Part shown: positions 1 to 11,709 of the stretch, piece after piece
Position numbering within the stretch: the stretch's first letter is position 1
How the letters are laid out: the number at the start of each line of letters is the position of its first letter
Origin: an uncultured delta proteobacterium
GTDB taxonomy: Bacteria; Myxococcota_A; Polyangia; Polyangiales; Polyangiaceae
Direction: 5' to 3'
NCBI GenBank assembly: GCA_963696385.1
Contig: CAVOKF010000006.1
Span: forward strand, 128,001 to 192,000
DNA: 64,000 nt
Translations under genes and position numbers: made by a program
The notes under the pieces: generated by a model
Told to the model about the DNA's origin: nothing
The model's input: only the letters and a program-made list of their open reading frames with translations
Database searches by the model: none

Positions 1-166
1 GCGAGTGTTGGCGGACTGCTGCTGGACGCGCAAACGGCCCGCCGCCGCGAGGTGGCGAGGCGAGCGAAGGTTAAGATTCCTTTGGCAACGTCCGCTGTCG
101 TTGAAACGCAGACCCATCGGCAGTCCCTTGAAGCGGTCCGCGTAGCCGCGCGGCGGCGGTGTCCGC

Positions 167-1190
167 TCACTGAGACACGAGCGCGTACATGGCAAAGGTA
201 CCGGGATTGTTCGCCACAATGAGCTTGGGCGTTTTCCACTGACCGGCAACCAGCCGCGTGTGATACGGCACATACATACCGGACGACTGCGGGGAGCCCC
301 CGAAGACGACCTCGGCCGTGGCGGTTCCGACTCCCGCCGCGAGTCCCACCTGGGCGGAATCGATGGTGTCCAGCCCCCACGATGCAAAGACCGTCGTTGC
401 GGTCGACCAATTCGTTCCGTCGAACTGCGAAACATAGGCGTATTGGTTCACCGAGATGAACGCGAGAATGGCTTGGCCATCCGGCAGCGCCAGCATCGGT
501 GTGGCAAAACTCGGGCTGGGGCTGTCGCCCGCGCCCATGTTCGGCCGGTTGGGATCAGTGTTGTCGACCTTGGTCGGCAACCCAAAATCCTGGACGGTCG
601 ACCAAAGGCTTGCCGTCCGGGTGGCAAAGTGCAAGTCGGACATGGCGCTATCGGTGTAGACGACCATGAGCTCAGCACCTGTTCCGCTGAGAGCGATCAG
701 ACTGGGAGCAAACGATGAGGTCGCGGCCGCCGACGCAGTCCCGGATTCGATCACAGTCTCGGCACCCCATGTGCCGTTGGTGCGGTCCACGGCGACCAAC
801 GCGCCGTCGGCAGACCGAACGTAGGCCACTGTGGCGTCCGCCCCGCGTGCCGCGATGCTGGGCGCGCCCCCCGTCAGCGCCCCGATCTTGGTCACGGTCG
901 ACCACGAGCCGGTGGCTCGCGCCGCACTCGATTCGGCCTTCGTGCCGTCGCCGGCAAAGGCGATCTCCGGGGATGTCGAACCCACGGTCAGCGACGGGGC
1001 GCCGGAAGCGGTCACTGCGGGGCCGATGGCAGCAAATGGCGCCCATGTGCCGGCCGCCCAGGTCGCGAATTGAACGGGCCCCGATGCCCCTGTCACGTCC
1101 GCTGCATCGGGCGAGTAGTAAGCCCAAAGCACGTCGGTCGACGAAGAGCCCGCGGAAGCCACCGCGGAAACATATCGCGTCTTAGGGGCT
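167..1190 (-). pseudogene. C-terminal part of a secreted/surface protein with repeated 'W-S/T' blade-like motifs; 5' part missing at the IS91-like end
   Basis: ORF 167..1471 becomes protein-like only from 'YVSAVASAGSSSTDVLWAYY'. Upstream it overlaps the transposase tail and has no start or signal peptide. Confidence 0.5.
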
Positions 1191-1287
1191 TCCGTTGTCA
1201 CCGAGCGGCGAACCGATTTGAACAGAATCCAAAGCGCACGTCGCCCGCGCGGCGCTGCATCAGCACGCCGCACTCGGGGCTCGTCGT

Positions 1288-2997
1288 TCACGCGAGTTGG
1301 AGCTCGAGTTGGTCCGACGGCTCGGCGTCTTGCGCATCGTCGGTCGGGTCGCGCGCCCGGGCGACTGGCGGCGCCTCGGTCGGCAGGCCGAGATGGGCAA
1401 GGATCTGGCGCACGGGCTCGCGCTCGGTGATCACGGCGAGCACCCGCAGTCGGCCGTGGCACTTCGGACATTGCAGAACGTCGAGGTCAAACGTTCGCCT
1501 CAAGAGCGTGGGCCAGTCCACGCGAGGCGAGGCCGCGTAGATGGCGCCGCCGAGCAGCCGTTCCCAGTGGCTGACGGCAAGCACGTTTGGTGCGAGCGCG
1601 ATGACCTCTCCCCGGAGCGCGAAGATGGGCAGTGCGGCCGGCCCCGCCTTTGTCGAGGAAACGCCGGCCGGCGCCGCACTCTCGACTTTGCTCGCTGTCG
1701 GTGCCGCTGCACCCGGACGCGCGGGGCCGGGACCCGCCATCGGATCGGTGACCGGCTTGGCCGCGCTCGACACGGGCGGTGAAGTGGGCGCGCGGGGGCA
1801 GGCAGGAGCCGTCTCGGGCGGGTTCGGTACCACGTCGCGTCGCCAGCTCGAGTGCGGCCCGAGCACTCCGCTGTAGCGCACCAGAGGGTACCGAGGGGGC
1901 GCAATGATCGCGCTCAACCGCGCCATGAAATCCATCGCGCTCATAATCCGGTACTTGCCTCGGCCGCGACGGACGTACTTGAGTCGATAGGCCACCCGCC
2001 CGCCGGGCAACCTACGAAGTCGCTCGAGCGAGAGCGGAGGTCGCGCGCCGTAGCGCGCCAGTCGTTCGCGACCCACGTGATCACCCGCTTCGATGCGGAC
2101 GCCGGCATGAACATTGAACCCGTCTCGCTCGACCGCGCCCACGAGCCCCTCGGGCCGCGCCTCCCGGTCGTCGTCCTTCGACCCGTCGTCGTCGTCGTTC
2201 GACAAGGTCGAGACCGTGCCACGGCCCATGGCGATGTCCGCGCAGGCGTCGAGGGCGGTCTGCGACGGCGGCTCGTTCGAGCGGTCTTCGAGCGGCGTGT
2301 CCTCCACATGGCCGTGGCGGCGCAGCCACGCCACGCTACGGTTCATCACACGCTCGACCAGCGCCTCGAGCTCGACCGGCGTCGGAGCGGCCGCCGGATG
2401 AAAGAGCACACGACGGTCCGGGTCCCGGGTGACGACGCCATCGAGCACCAACACGTGAAAATGCACGTTGAGATTCAAACTGCCGAAGCGTTGAACAAAG
2501 GTTACCGCTCCGCACTGCGCATCCTCGAGGCCCTCGCGCTGGGCGCGAGCGCGGTAGCGGGCAAAGATGGCCTCGACGAAGATGCGGCCCAGGGCTGTGA
2601 GAACGTCGGCCTTGAACGCCGCAAGCTTGCGCAGCTCGTACGGGAGCGACAGAACGTATTGCCGCACAGGGACGTCGGGCAAGACTCGGTCGACCAAGTG
2701 GGCAGCCGTGTTGGCCATACGCCTGCCGCAGCAACTGGGGCAGAGAGATCTTCCTTTACAGGAAAAAGCCACAAGCAAGTCGTGGCCGCATGAGTCGCAG
2801 TGGCAGCGCGTAAATCCGCACGCAAATACGCCGCAATTCAAGTACGCGCGCAGCTCCGCTTCCACGTAGCGGGGTAGCCCTCCCTCGTAGTTCTCGCGCG
2901 CGTACGCGAGAAACGATTCCAGATTCTCGCGCACCAATCCGTACAGGACCGTTTCGGTCGGGCGACGGGGAACGTAGGCGGGCGCGAGAGCGGCCAC
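1288..2997 (-). CDS. IS91-family (rolling-circle) transposase with N-terminal Zn-binding domain
   Basis: CxxC..FSCKGRSLCPSC Zn motif, HUH motif 'LNLNVHFHVLVLDG', 'ERLARYGARPPLS', C-terminal CPKC. Confidence 0.92.
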   Translation of the reverse strand: MAALAPAYVPRRPTETVLYGLVRENLESFLAYARENYEGGLPRYVEAELRAYLNCGVFACGFTRCHCDSCGHDLLVAFSCKGRSLCPSCCGRRMANTAAHLVDRVLPDVPVRQYVLSLPYELRKLAAFKADVLTALGRIFVEAIFARYRARAQREGLEDAQCGAVTFVQRFGSLNLNVHFHVLVLDGVVTRDPDRRVLFHPAAAPTPVELEALVERVMNRSVAWLRRHGHVEDTPLEDRSNEPPSQTALDACADIAMGRGTVSTLSNDDDDGSKDDDREARPEGLVGAVERDGFNVHAGVRIEAGDHVGRERLARYGARPPLSLERLRRLPGGRVAYRLKYVRRGRGKYRIMSAMDFMARLSAIIAPPRYPLVRYSGVLGPHSSWRRDVVPNPPETAPACPRAPTSPPVSSAAKPVTDPMAGPGPARPGAAAPTASKVESAAPAGVSSTKAGPAALPIFALRGEVIALAPNVLAVSHWERLLGGAIYAASPRVDWPTLLRRTFDLDVLQCPKCHGRLRVLAVITEREPVRQILAHLGLPTEAPPVARARDPTDDAQDAEPSDQLELQLA

Positions 2998-3215
2998 GGG
3001 CGCTCGAACACGCCTTTTTTCGTGCCACGCTCGCGCGACTGGATTTCACGGCGAAAGCAACCCGCGTCGGGTGACCCGGTCAGGTTCGAGGGTGACGCGG
3101 CCACCGCAGCGGTCGTCGCCATCGGCCTCCCGCAGACCGATGCGGGACCGCACGTCTGCCGCCATCGAGTCCGCTGGCCCGCGGATCTCGCTCGCGATCG
3201 GCCCACGCCCACCCA

Positions 3216-3653
3216 TTATGCGGGCGCCCGCTCGGCCTCTCCGCCGCCGCCCCCTTGCGGCAGCCCATCGGTGAAGCGGTGGCCATCCGAGAACCGGTCG
3301 GCAAGGTGCGCGACAAACTGCTTCCATTGGCCCTCCGCAGCTTGCCGAGCCACCGGCTTGGCGCCCTCGGGGACGCCCGGAGTGCGCGCAAACCATTGCC
3401 GCAAGTAAATCCCAAACGCCTCCGACAGGAGCTCGAGGTCGTGGTGATCGCGTGCCATGGCCTGGTCGAGTCGGTCGAGACGCCGCAAGATAAGCGCCCC
3501 GTCGCTCGTGCCGTCGAGGTACTGACGCAACGCCTCCTCGATGACCGCGCGCTCGGAGAGCCCACTGGCGGCGCAGTGTTTGCTGAGTCGGTCGCGAAGC
3601 GCAACCGTCAGACGCGTGCTGACCCGGACGCGCCGGACTTTAGGGGTGACCAT
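3216..3653 (-). CDS. CopG/ribbon-helix-helix protein of the type found between traG and trbB in Tn4371-like ICEs
   Basis: RHH N-terminus (RVSTRLTVALRDRLSKHC..SERAVIEEALRQYL), then 'RRLDRLD..LELLSEAFGIYLRQWF..TPGVPE..QFVAHL'. Confidence 0.7.
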   Translation of the reverse strand: MVTPKVRRVRVSTRLTVALRDRLSKHCAASGLSERAVIEEALRQYLDGTSDGALILRRLDRLDQAMARDHHDLELLSEAFGIYLRQWFARTPGVPEGAKPVARQAAEGQWKQFVAHLADRFSDGHRFTDGLPQGGGGGEAERAPA

Positions 3654-3983
3654 GGCGAAGACTCCGATGCGTTGTCCTGAGGTGGGCCGCTCTACAAGCC
3701 GCGGTCTCGGTCCGGCGAGCGCACGACAACGTGACCTTTCGCGTCGAGTGACACTGAGGTGGACCCCTTCGTTCGGACCAAACTGGTCGGCAGTTAAGGT
3801 AGGGCCTGCTCTCGTTCTTTCTCTCGCTCGTGGGATATCTAAAGTCAAGTCGTAGTTGTTCTCGTCGTGAATTTCGTATCGGTCGTCCACATAGACTTCC
3901 ACGTGTCTGGTGGCAATTGAGGGGGGGGGCGGGGGGGAGACTGGCAAGTTGTGAGCGACCCTGTGGACGACGGTGGAAAGAAT

Positions 3984-4826
3984 TCACGCAGCCTTGCCCG
4001 ACCACAGTGCGTCGAAGAATGCCCTGGGTGTTTGGTAGCCGAGCGCTTGGTGCGGGCGGCTTTCGTTGTAGAACGTCATGTAGCGACCGATCCCGGCGCG
4101 CGCCTCGCGCACGTCTTCGTAGGCATGCAGGTACACCTCCTCGTATTTGACCGATCGCCAAAGCCGCTCGACGAACACGTTGTCGATGCAGCGGCCCTTG
4201 CCGTCCATGCTTATGCGAATGCCGCGTCGCCGAAGCACCTTCGTAAATGCGTCGGACGTGAATTGCGCGCCTTGGTCGGTATTGAAGATCTCGGGCGCAC
4301 CGAAGTGGGCAAGTGCCTGCTCCAGGGCGTCCACGCAGAAGCCGGGATCGAGCGTGTTCGACAGGCGCCAGGCGAGAACCCGCCGCGAGTACCAGTCCAG
4401 GATCGCGACGAGGTACACGAAGCCGTGCGCCAGCGGCACGTACGTGATGTCGCTTGCCCACACCTGATTGATGCGGCTGATCTCGAGGCCGCGAAGGAGG
4501 TAAGGATAGATCGCGTGCTCTTGACTCGGCCGACTCGTGCGCGCCCGAGGAGCCATGGCCTCCAGCCCCATGACCCGCATCAGTCGCTGGATATGTTTTC
4601 GATTCACTTCGTGGCCTTCGCCTCGCAACGCGATTGCGAGCTTGCGGCTCCCGTAAAACGGAAACCGCAGATGGAGCTCGTCGATCCGTCGCATCAGCGC
4701 AAGCTCCTCGGGCTCGGTTGGCTCGGGCACGTAGTACAGGCCCGAGCGCGATACGCGCAAAAGCTCGCATTGTCGGCGGACCGAAACCTTGCTGTCCGGG
4801 GCCACCATCGCGCGTCGGTCCTTCAC
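3984..4826 (-). CDS. IS3 transposase OrfB (DDE integrase core)
   Basis: [34 protein letters not shown]. Confidence 0.95.
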   Translation of the reverse strand: MKDRRAMVAPDSKVSVRRQCELLRVSRSGLYYVPEPTEPEELALMRRIDELHLRFPFYGSRKLAIALRGEGHEVNRKHIQRLMRVMGLEAMAPRARTSRPSQEHAIYPYLLRGLEISRINQVWASDITYVPLAHGFVYLVAILDWYSRRVLAWRLSNTLDPGFCVDALEQALAHFGAPEIFNTDQGAQFTSDAFTKVLRRRGIRISMDGKGRCIDNVFVERLWRSVKYEEVYLHAYEDVREARAGIGRYMTFYNESRPHQALGYQTPRAFFDALWSGKAA

Positions 4827-5116
4827 CGCAGCCGCCCGAGCCCGCGCGATAAAAAATCGCGTTCAACCGTGAGCTCGCCAATCTTCTTGAGTAGCTCCGC
4901 CTCGCGCTCGCGCTCCTCGCCACCATCGCTCCTGGCCCCCTCGGATTGGAATACGCGTGCTGCGTTTTCCACGAACGTCTTCTTCCACTTGAAGATCTGC
5001 GTCGGGTGAATCCCGTATCGACGCGCCAGCTCCGGGACCGTGGCCTCCTCCCGAATCGCCGCAAGCGCAACCTTCGCCTTGAATTCTGCCGTGTGCTTCG
5101 TGCGTGTATTTTTCAT
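4823..5116 (-). CDS. IS3 transposase OrfA (HTH)
   Basis: [40 protein letters not shown] overlap with orfB. Confidence 0.93.
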   Translation of the reverse strand: MKNTRTKHTAEFKAKVALAAIREEATVPELARRYGIHPTQIFKWKKTFVENAARVFQSEGARSDGGEEREREAELLKKIGELTVERDFLSRGLGRLR

Positions 5117-5280
5117 TGATCCTGCTCCTCGTCATCGGGGAGCAGGCCCGTCTTTACTACCTTAAGGGGTGGTCCGAAATTTGGGGTCCACTTCAGTGAT
5201 TCTCCCCCGCTACCCCCAGACCGTCACGAGACGATCGTCAATCCCATCTAGACACCATCCTGAATCGGGTCTCGACAGAA

Positions 5281-5764
5281 ACGTCCATCCGCGACACCGA
5301 CCGAAGTCCATCGCGACACCCGCGACGTCCATCCACGACACCAACCGACGTCCATCCACGACACCGGCCGAAGTCCATCGGCGACACGGACCGACGTCCA
5401 TCCGCGACACCGACCGAAGTCCATCGCGACACCAACCGACGTCCATCCACGACACCGGCCGACGTCCATCGCGACACCAACCGACGTCCATCCGCGACAC
5501 CAACCGACGTCCATCGCGACACCAACCGACGTCCATCCGCGACACCAACCGACGTCCATCGCGACACCAACCGACGTCCATCCGCGACACCAACCGACGT
5601 CCATCCGCGACACCGGCTCAACGTCCATCCGCGACACCGGCTCAACGTCCATCCGCGACACCCCCGACGTCCATCCACGACACCAACCGACGTCCATCCG
5701 CGACACCGGCCGACGTCCATCCGCGACACCGGCCGACGTCCATCCGCGACACCGACCGACGTCC
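5281..5764. repeat. Minisatellite, about 21 imperfect 22-24 bp units (core GACGTCCATC(C)GCGACACC)
   Basis: Read directly; no unique spacers. Confidence 0.9.
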
Positions 5765-5967
5765 GCGACCACGAGACGGCAGGCCTCCATGCATCAGAAG
5801 GTCGAGCGAAAGGAACTTGAATCACTGCGGCGGGCAGCCAGGGACGACATTGGTTCGGCGCGCATCCCCGTCATGACTGCCTCCAGGAAAGAAACGGGAC
5901 TCGCTGGGGTCGAGGGGAACGCCCCGCCCCCGGCCCGCATGCGCGCTAAACTCCGACCGTGGCTGGC

Positions 5968-6990
5968 ATGCGCTCGCTGGTGTCCACGCTGTGTTCGCCG
6001 GCATGCGCCGGTCGGCGTCCGGCCACCCCCGAGGGGCAGGCGGCACGGGCTGCGGTGGTCGAGGCACTGCGCGGCGCTGGGCTCGATCCGTTCGAGCAAC
6101 CGGTGCCGGGATGCGGGGGTGCAAACGTTCTCGCGAAGATCGAAGGCGACGCCGAACGGTACATCGTGGTCGGCGCCCATTTCGATCACCTCGGACGAGC
6201 GCAAGAGGGCGTTTATTGGGGAGCCGACGACAACGCCGCCGCCGTTGCGGTGCTGGTCGAAGTCGCGGCTTCGAGCGTCCGGGATTGGGACGGTCGAGGC
6301 GTAATCCTTGCCGCGTTCGATGGAGAGGAGCCGCCGTTTTTCGGAACGGGAGCGATGGGCTCTCACGCATTCCTGGCGGATCCCCCCGTGCGCCGGGATG
6401 CGATCGATTTCATGGTGTGCATGGACCTCGTCGGTCATCGAATCGGTGGCGAAGGGATGCCCGACGAACTCGGGCTATCGCTCTTCGCGCTCGGTGCCGA
6501 GAAGAGCCACGGCACTCATGGGCTCGTTCAAGGCCTTGCCCGGACAGAATCGGGGGTCATCGTTCGTGGCGCGAACGCCAACGTCATCCCGCCCCTTTCG
6601 GACTACGAGCCCTTCTGGCGGGCGAAGATTCCGTTCTTGTTTTTGACGGCCGGTCGCTCGCGCATCTACCACACGCCCCAAGACACGCCCGAGAAGCTCG
6701 ATTGGCCGAAAATCGAAGCGACGGCTCGGTGGCTCAAGGGTTTCGTACGCGCGACGCGTATGCGCTCCGACGCCGTCTCGTTCGACGAAGGGGGATCCAA
6801 CGACGCCAGCACGCTCGACGCGGTCGCCGACATGGTTCGCGCGCTGTCGGCCGTCTCGTCGGAGGCTGCAAGCGCTCTCACCTATGTCACGGCGCTCCGG
6901 GCTCACTGCGATAGCTCGGGACGACTGCCCTCGTCACGCCAGGCCGAAGTGGCCACAATCGTCGCGATGATCGAATCGCGGCTGGCTTAG
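5968..6990 (+). CDS. M28-family metallopeptidase
   Basis: VVGAHFDHLG, GADDNAA, FDGEE, CMDLVG, SDY, YHTPQDT motifs; start uncertain. Confidence 0.88.
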   Translation: MRSLVSTLCSPACAGRRPATPEGQAARAAVVEALRGAGLDPFEQPVPGCGGANVLAKIEGDAERYIVVGAHFDHLGRAQEGVYWGADDNAAAVAVLVEVAASSVRDWDGRGVILAAFDGEEPPFFGTGAMGSHAFLADPPVRRDAIDFMVCMDLVGHRIGGEGMPDELGLSLFALGAEKSHGTHGLVQGLARTESGVIVRGANANVIPPLSDYEPFWRAKIPFLFLTAGRSRIYHTPQDTPEKLDWPKIEATARWLKGFVRATRMRSDAVSFDEGGSNDASTLDAVADMVRALSAVSSEAASALTYVTALRAHCDSSGRLPSSRQAEVATIVAMIESRLA

Positions 6991-7142
6991 CCTGAAGTTC
7001 TCCGAGTGAACCTTCAGCTTAATAAATCAGCCCAAACGGGCCTCTGAAACCGGTCGCTCGTTGACCGGGTATGGTCCATCATTGACCGGTTTCGCGACTC
7101 TCCAATCGAATGATTGCGGCTAGTTACCTATCCCTTATAGCT

Positions 7143-7158
7143 CGGCACGATGGTTGCT
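7143..7158 (+). promoter_or_regulatory. sigma54-type -24/-12 promoter of the excisionase
   Basis: CGGCACGATGGTTGCT has exact GG-N10-GC spacing and is close to TGGCACG-N4-TTGC; predicted start site falls at about ATG 7170. Confidence 0.6.
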
Positions 7159-7169
7159 GTCTATGGGGC

Positions 7170-7679
7170 ATGACCGAACGCACGGCTCATGGACCTGCCC
7201 CTCGGAATCGCCGCCATCGCCTTCCGCCGTCGGAACCGATCAGGGCTAGCGTCGTCGCCCCTCGTGGTGAGGGCCGCAAGCGCGCTTCGCCCCGGCCGCC
7301 GTCACGGAGAGAGCCCGCGAGGTTGACCCTCGATCTCTCCGATGACGGGATGGCCAAACTCGCCGATGCCATCGTTTCGCGCCTGCGCGAAATGCTGGCG
7401 CCGGCGGCTCTGCCCGACGAACGCTACCTGACTCGAGCCGAGGCGACGCAGCTCGGAGTGGAGCGTCGCGCACTGATTCGGGCGGAGCGCGCGGGAAAGC
7501 TCCGAGCATTCAAACCGGGGCGAAGAGTCATGTACCGCCGGGGCGACGTTCTCGCCCTCGTGGAGCGTTGCGGCACCGACCCTGCCCCTCCGCGCGAATC
7601 GCCCCGCGGAATGGACCCGCTTGACCCTTTCGAGCGCGCACTGACGAGCGCTGAGCGCCGGTCGGGGACGGGGCCATGA
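7170..7679 (+). CDS. Excisionase-like HTH DNA-binding protein
   Basis: 'ERYLTRAEATQLGVERRALIRAERAGKLRAFKPGRRVMYRRGDV' (Xis/MerR-like HTH); lies upstream of the integrase. Confidence 0.75.
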   Translation: MTERTAHGPAPRNRRHRLPPSEPIRASVVAPRGEGRKRASPRPPSRREPARLTLDLSDDGMAKLADAIVSRLREMLAPAALPDERYLTRAEATQLGVERRALIRAERAGKLRAFKPGRRVMYRRGDVLALVERCGTDPAPPRESPRGMDPLDPFERALTSAERRSGTGP

Positions 7680-7711
7680 ACGGCCGCAACGCGGACGAGC
7701 GATTGTTCCCA

Positions 7712-7912
7712 CGAGCGCGAGCGCGCGCGTTTTCACGCAAGCAGCCACCCCGCATCGCGCACCTATGATCGCGAAGGGACACCGTGTTTTACGCAAACCA
7801 AGCTCCACGCATCGCCGTACCCCATGATTGCGAACGCGCCCGTGTTTTTCGCAACCACGCCAGTGCATCGCCGCATCCACGACCGCGAAGGCACCCCGGT
7901 TTTTCGAGACCC
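7712..7912 (+). repeat. Four degenerate ~55-59 bp tandem units (YGAYYGCGAA..CGTGTTTT.CGCAA..CGCATCGC)
   Basis: Units start near 7712, 7766, 7825 and 7880, each with a T-tract followed by cgcaa/cgaga. Confidence 0.6.
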
Positions 7913-8173
7913 AGGCGCCCGGCGAGGTAGCCGTTGCCGGAACCGCGTGGCGGTCGGCAACGATCCGTCGAGTCCGCCCGAGCAGTGGAGCCGAGACGGC
8001 CAACGACCGCGGGCCGACTCTGCACAATCCCTGCTCGGCGCGCTGCCGCGAAGGCGAGTTCGATGTAGAGTTTGTCCGCCGCTCCCGAGTGGCGGTTAGG
8101 GCGTAGCGGAAAAGGCGCTAGCGGACAGAAAAACACCCCTACCGGGAGCCGCCGATCGAAGGGAGGGACGAGC

Positions 8174-9787
<1,614 letters not shown>

Positions 9788-10169
9788 CGACCTTCAGCGG
9801 CGGCGAGCTTGCGCATGCGAGTCGCTAACGACACCGACGGGTCGGTCGTCCGGTCCGACCCAGGCAACGAGGCCTGAGCGTGTTTCTGGCGCAGCTGCGG
9901 CACCAGCAGATGGGTGGCAGCCAGTGCCGGATGCTCAAGCTATTCATTGCTGAAGTAGCCCGGGTTCGCCAACCTCGTGGTTATCAACGTGCCCACGTTG
10001 GCGACGAGCGCTTCCGCCATCGGCACGAGCTGACGCACGCATCGCGCGCTGCATCGCGTCGGTTGCAACGATGATCTGATCTGTCGCAGGCCACCGAAAA
10101 ATGTGGAAATGTGAGCGACGAGGCTTGGCGCGAGCAAGAGCCCGTCGAGTCTCCGAAGGCGGGTGGCCG

Positions 10170-10890
10170 CTGCGCACGCCGTAGGGCGGCCGCACGCAAG
10201 AAGGCGACGACGATAGGTGGAGTCGCCCCAGCAGCGCCGCGAGCTCGAACTAAAAGAGCGTTGCGAGGAAGAAAGGGTGTCCTGCAAGCTCGATCGCGCG
10301 TAGGTCGCCGTGTTTGTCGATGGCGGAAAAACCGACGTCCAGTCGCTCTAGTACCTCGATTCCGCGGAATGGAAGGGTCGTTTTCCGCGATATTCCCGAC
10401 GGGATCGGGTGGTCTCACCCCTCCGTTTCATGGAATCGGGGTACTAGCGCCTCGCGGTACTTCGGATTCACACCGAACGCGCAATGGTACCTCTCGCGAA
10501 TCGTCTCGCGCTCGTAGATCGAAGCCAAGCGCGAGCTGAGGAGGCGCTGGACCTCACGCTCGTCTTCGCGGAACGCGCACGTGAGACGATGGATGACGGG
10601 ATCCTCGGCGCCCGGGCTCGATTCTTCGTGATCGGCGGATGCCATGCCTGCGACGTTCCGCGCGATCTCGATCAAGGCATGCTGGAACCCGCCGCACGTG
10701 CCGACTGCGATCGCCTTGCCCGGAATACGCATGCCGACGAACGGGAGGCGCGTCGCGCGTAGCGAAACGCGACGAGGGCGCCCTGGCACACGGGCCGCCT
10801 TGGGACGCACCAGATCCCGTTGAAGCCGTTGAACTCATCTCCCGCACCCCCCCCCGCCGCAAGCGCTGCTGTCGGAGCCACACGTGCGCA
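10170..10890 (-). pseudogene. CTP-synthase C-terminal-like glutamine amidotransferase pseudogene split by MITE-A
   Basis: GIWCVP..ALVAFRYAR, GTCGGFQHALIE, YHCAFGVNPKYREAL | ERLDVGFSAIDKHGDLRAIELAGHPFFLATLF*; frameshifts and an internal stop. Confidence 0.8.
10348..10447 (+). mobile_element. MITE-A copy 1 (96 bp period, CTAGTACCTCGATTCC...GGAATCGGGGTACTAG)
   Basis: Terminal IRs; removing it restores the flanking reading frame; five copies in the window. Confidence 0.9.
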
Positions 10891-11031
10891 ACCTGGAGCG
10901 GGCGCGCGGGGTTCAGGCCCACCCACCCCAACGCTCACACGAGGACACGTGCGGTCGGAGTCGCCCGATCCGAGCGCGGCAGCCGTGGCAACCGGCGCCA
11001 CGAAGGTGTATTCGTGCGCATCGTATCGATC

Positions 11032-11709
11032 GTGAGCCGCCCTTCACCAATCGCACCGGCCGTTCCTTCCGCCGAACAGTCAGTCCATCCTGCGGGGCCG
11101 ATTCGGCTGCGAGAACGTATGCGACGGCAGATCGCCGCCGCGATTGCGGCGGCCGCCGAAGAAGTTTTCGCCGAAGAAGGCTTGCGTGACGCGCATGTCG
11201 GTACCATCGCCGCACGTGCCGGGGTCGCGGTCGGTACGCTTTACAACCATTACGACGACCGCGACTCTCTATTGGCCGCGCTCCTTCGAGACCGGTGCGA
11301 TGGCCTCACCCGGGTGCTCGACATGGCACTCGCGGCGGTCGAAGGCGCGCCGGTTCGGGACGAACTTGTCGCCTTCATCACGGCGTACTTCACGTTCTTG
11401 TCATCTCACCGACCCTTTTTCAAGATGCTGCTCGAAGGCGAGCTCAGCCATCTGCAGTCGAGCTATCCCCGCGCCGCGACGCTGCCCTCGGACTGCTACC
11501 GGCTCATCTTTCAGCGGATTGAAGGGATTATCTCTCGGGGTGTAGCAAGGGGCGCGCTCTGCGCCGAGCGGAGCCATCTCTACCCCTGGCTCGTCGCCGG
11601 CATGATGCGGAGCCTCGCCGTTCGCGAAGTTCTCAAGCTCCAGCCACTCGACGTCGGGGATGCGGAAGCCCTGGTCAACGTCTTTCTGCAAGGCGCAGAG
11701 CTCGCATGA
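11032..11709 (+). CDS. TetR-family regulator
   Basis: AAEEVFAEEG..IAARAGVAVGTLYNHY; start uncertain (11032 GTG or 11119 ATG). Confidence 0.9.
   Translation: MSRPSPIAPAVPSAEQSVHPAGPIRLRERMRRQIAAAIAAAAEEVFAEEGLRDAHVGTIAARAGVAVGTLYNHYDDRDSLLAALLRDRCDGLTRVLDMALAAVEGAPVRDELVAFITAYFTFLSSHRPFFKMLLEGELSHLQSSYPRAATLPSDCYRLIFQRIEGIISRGVARGALCAERSHLYPWLVAGMMRSLAVREVLKLQPLDVGDAEALVNVFLQGAELA

Larger units (their letters stand above)
3755..5195 (-). mobile_element. IS3-family insertion sequence
   Basis: TG...CA ends with IRs TGAGGTGGACCCCTTCGTTCGGACCA and (rc) TGAAGTGGACCCCAAATTTCGGACCA, enclosing orfA and orfB. Confidence 0.92.

Noticed and set aside
5281..5764. CRISPR array
   Set aside because: No unique spacers and no cas genes. 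The same applies to the arrays at 18835, 25192 and 34561.
5169..5876. Repeat-encoded proteins in several frames
   Set aside because: Open frames arise from the stop-free repeat, and unit lengths keep shifting the frame.
8072..8173. Upstream integrase start
   Set aside because: ATG 8174 has a GGAGG RBS, and the extension is not protein-like.
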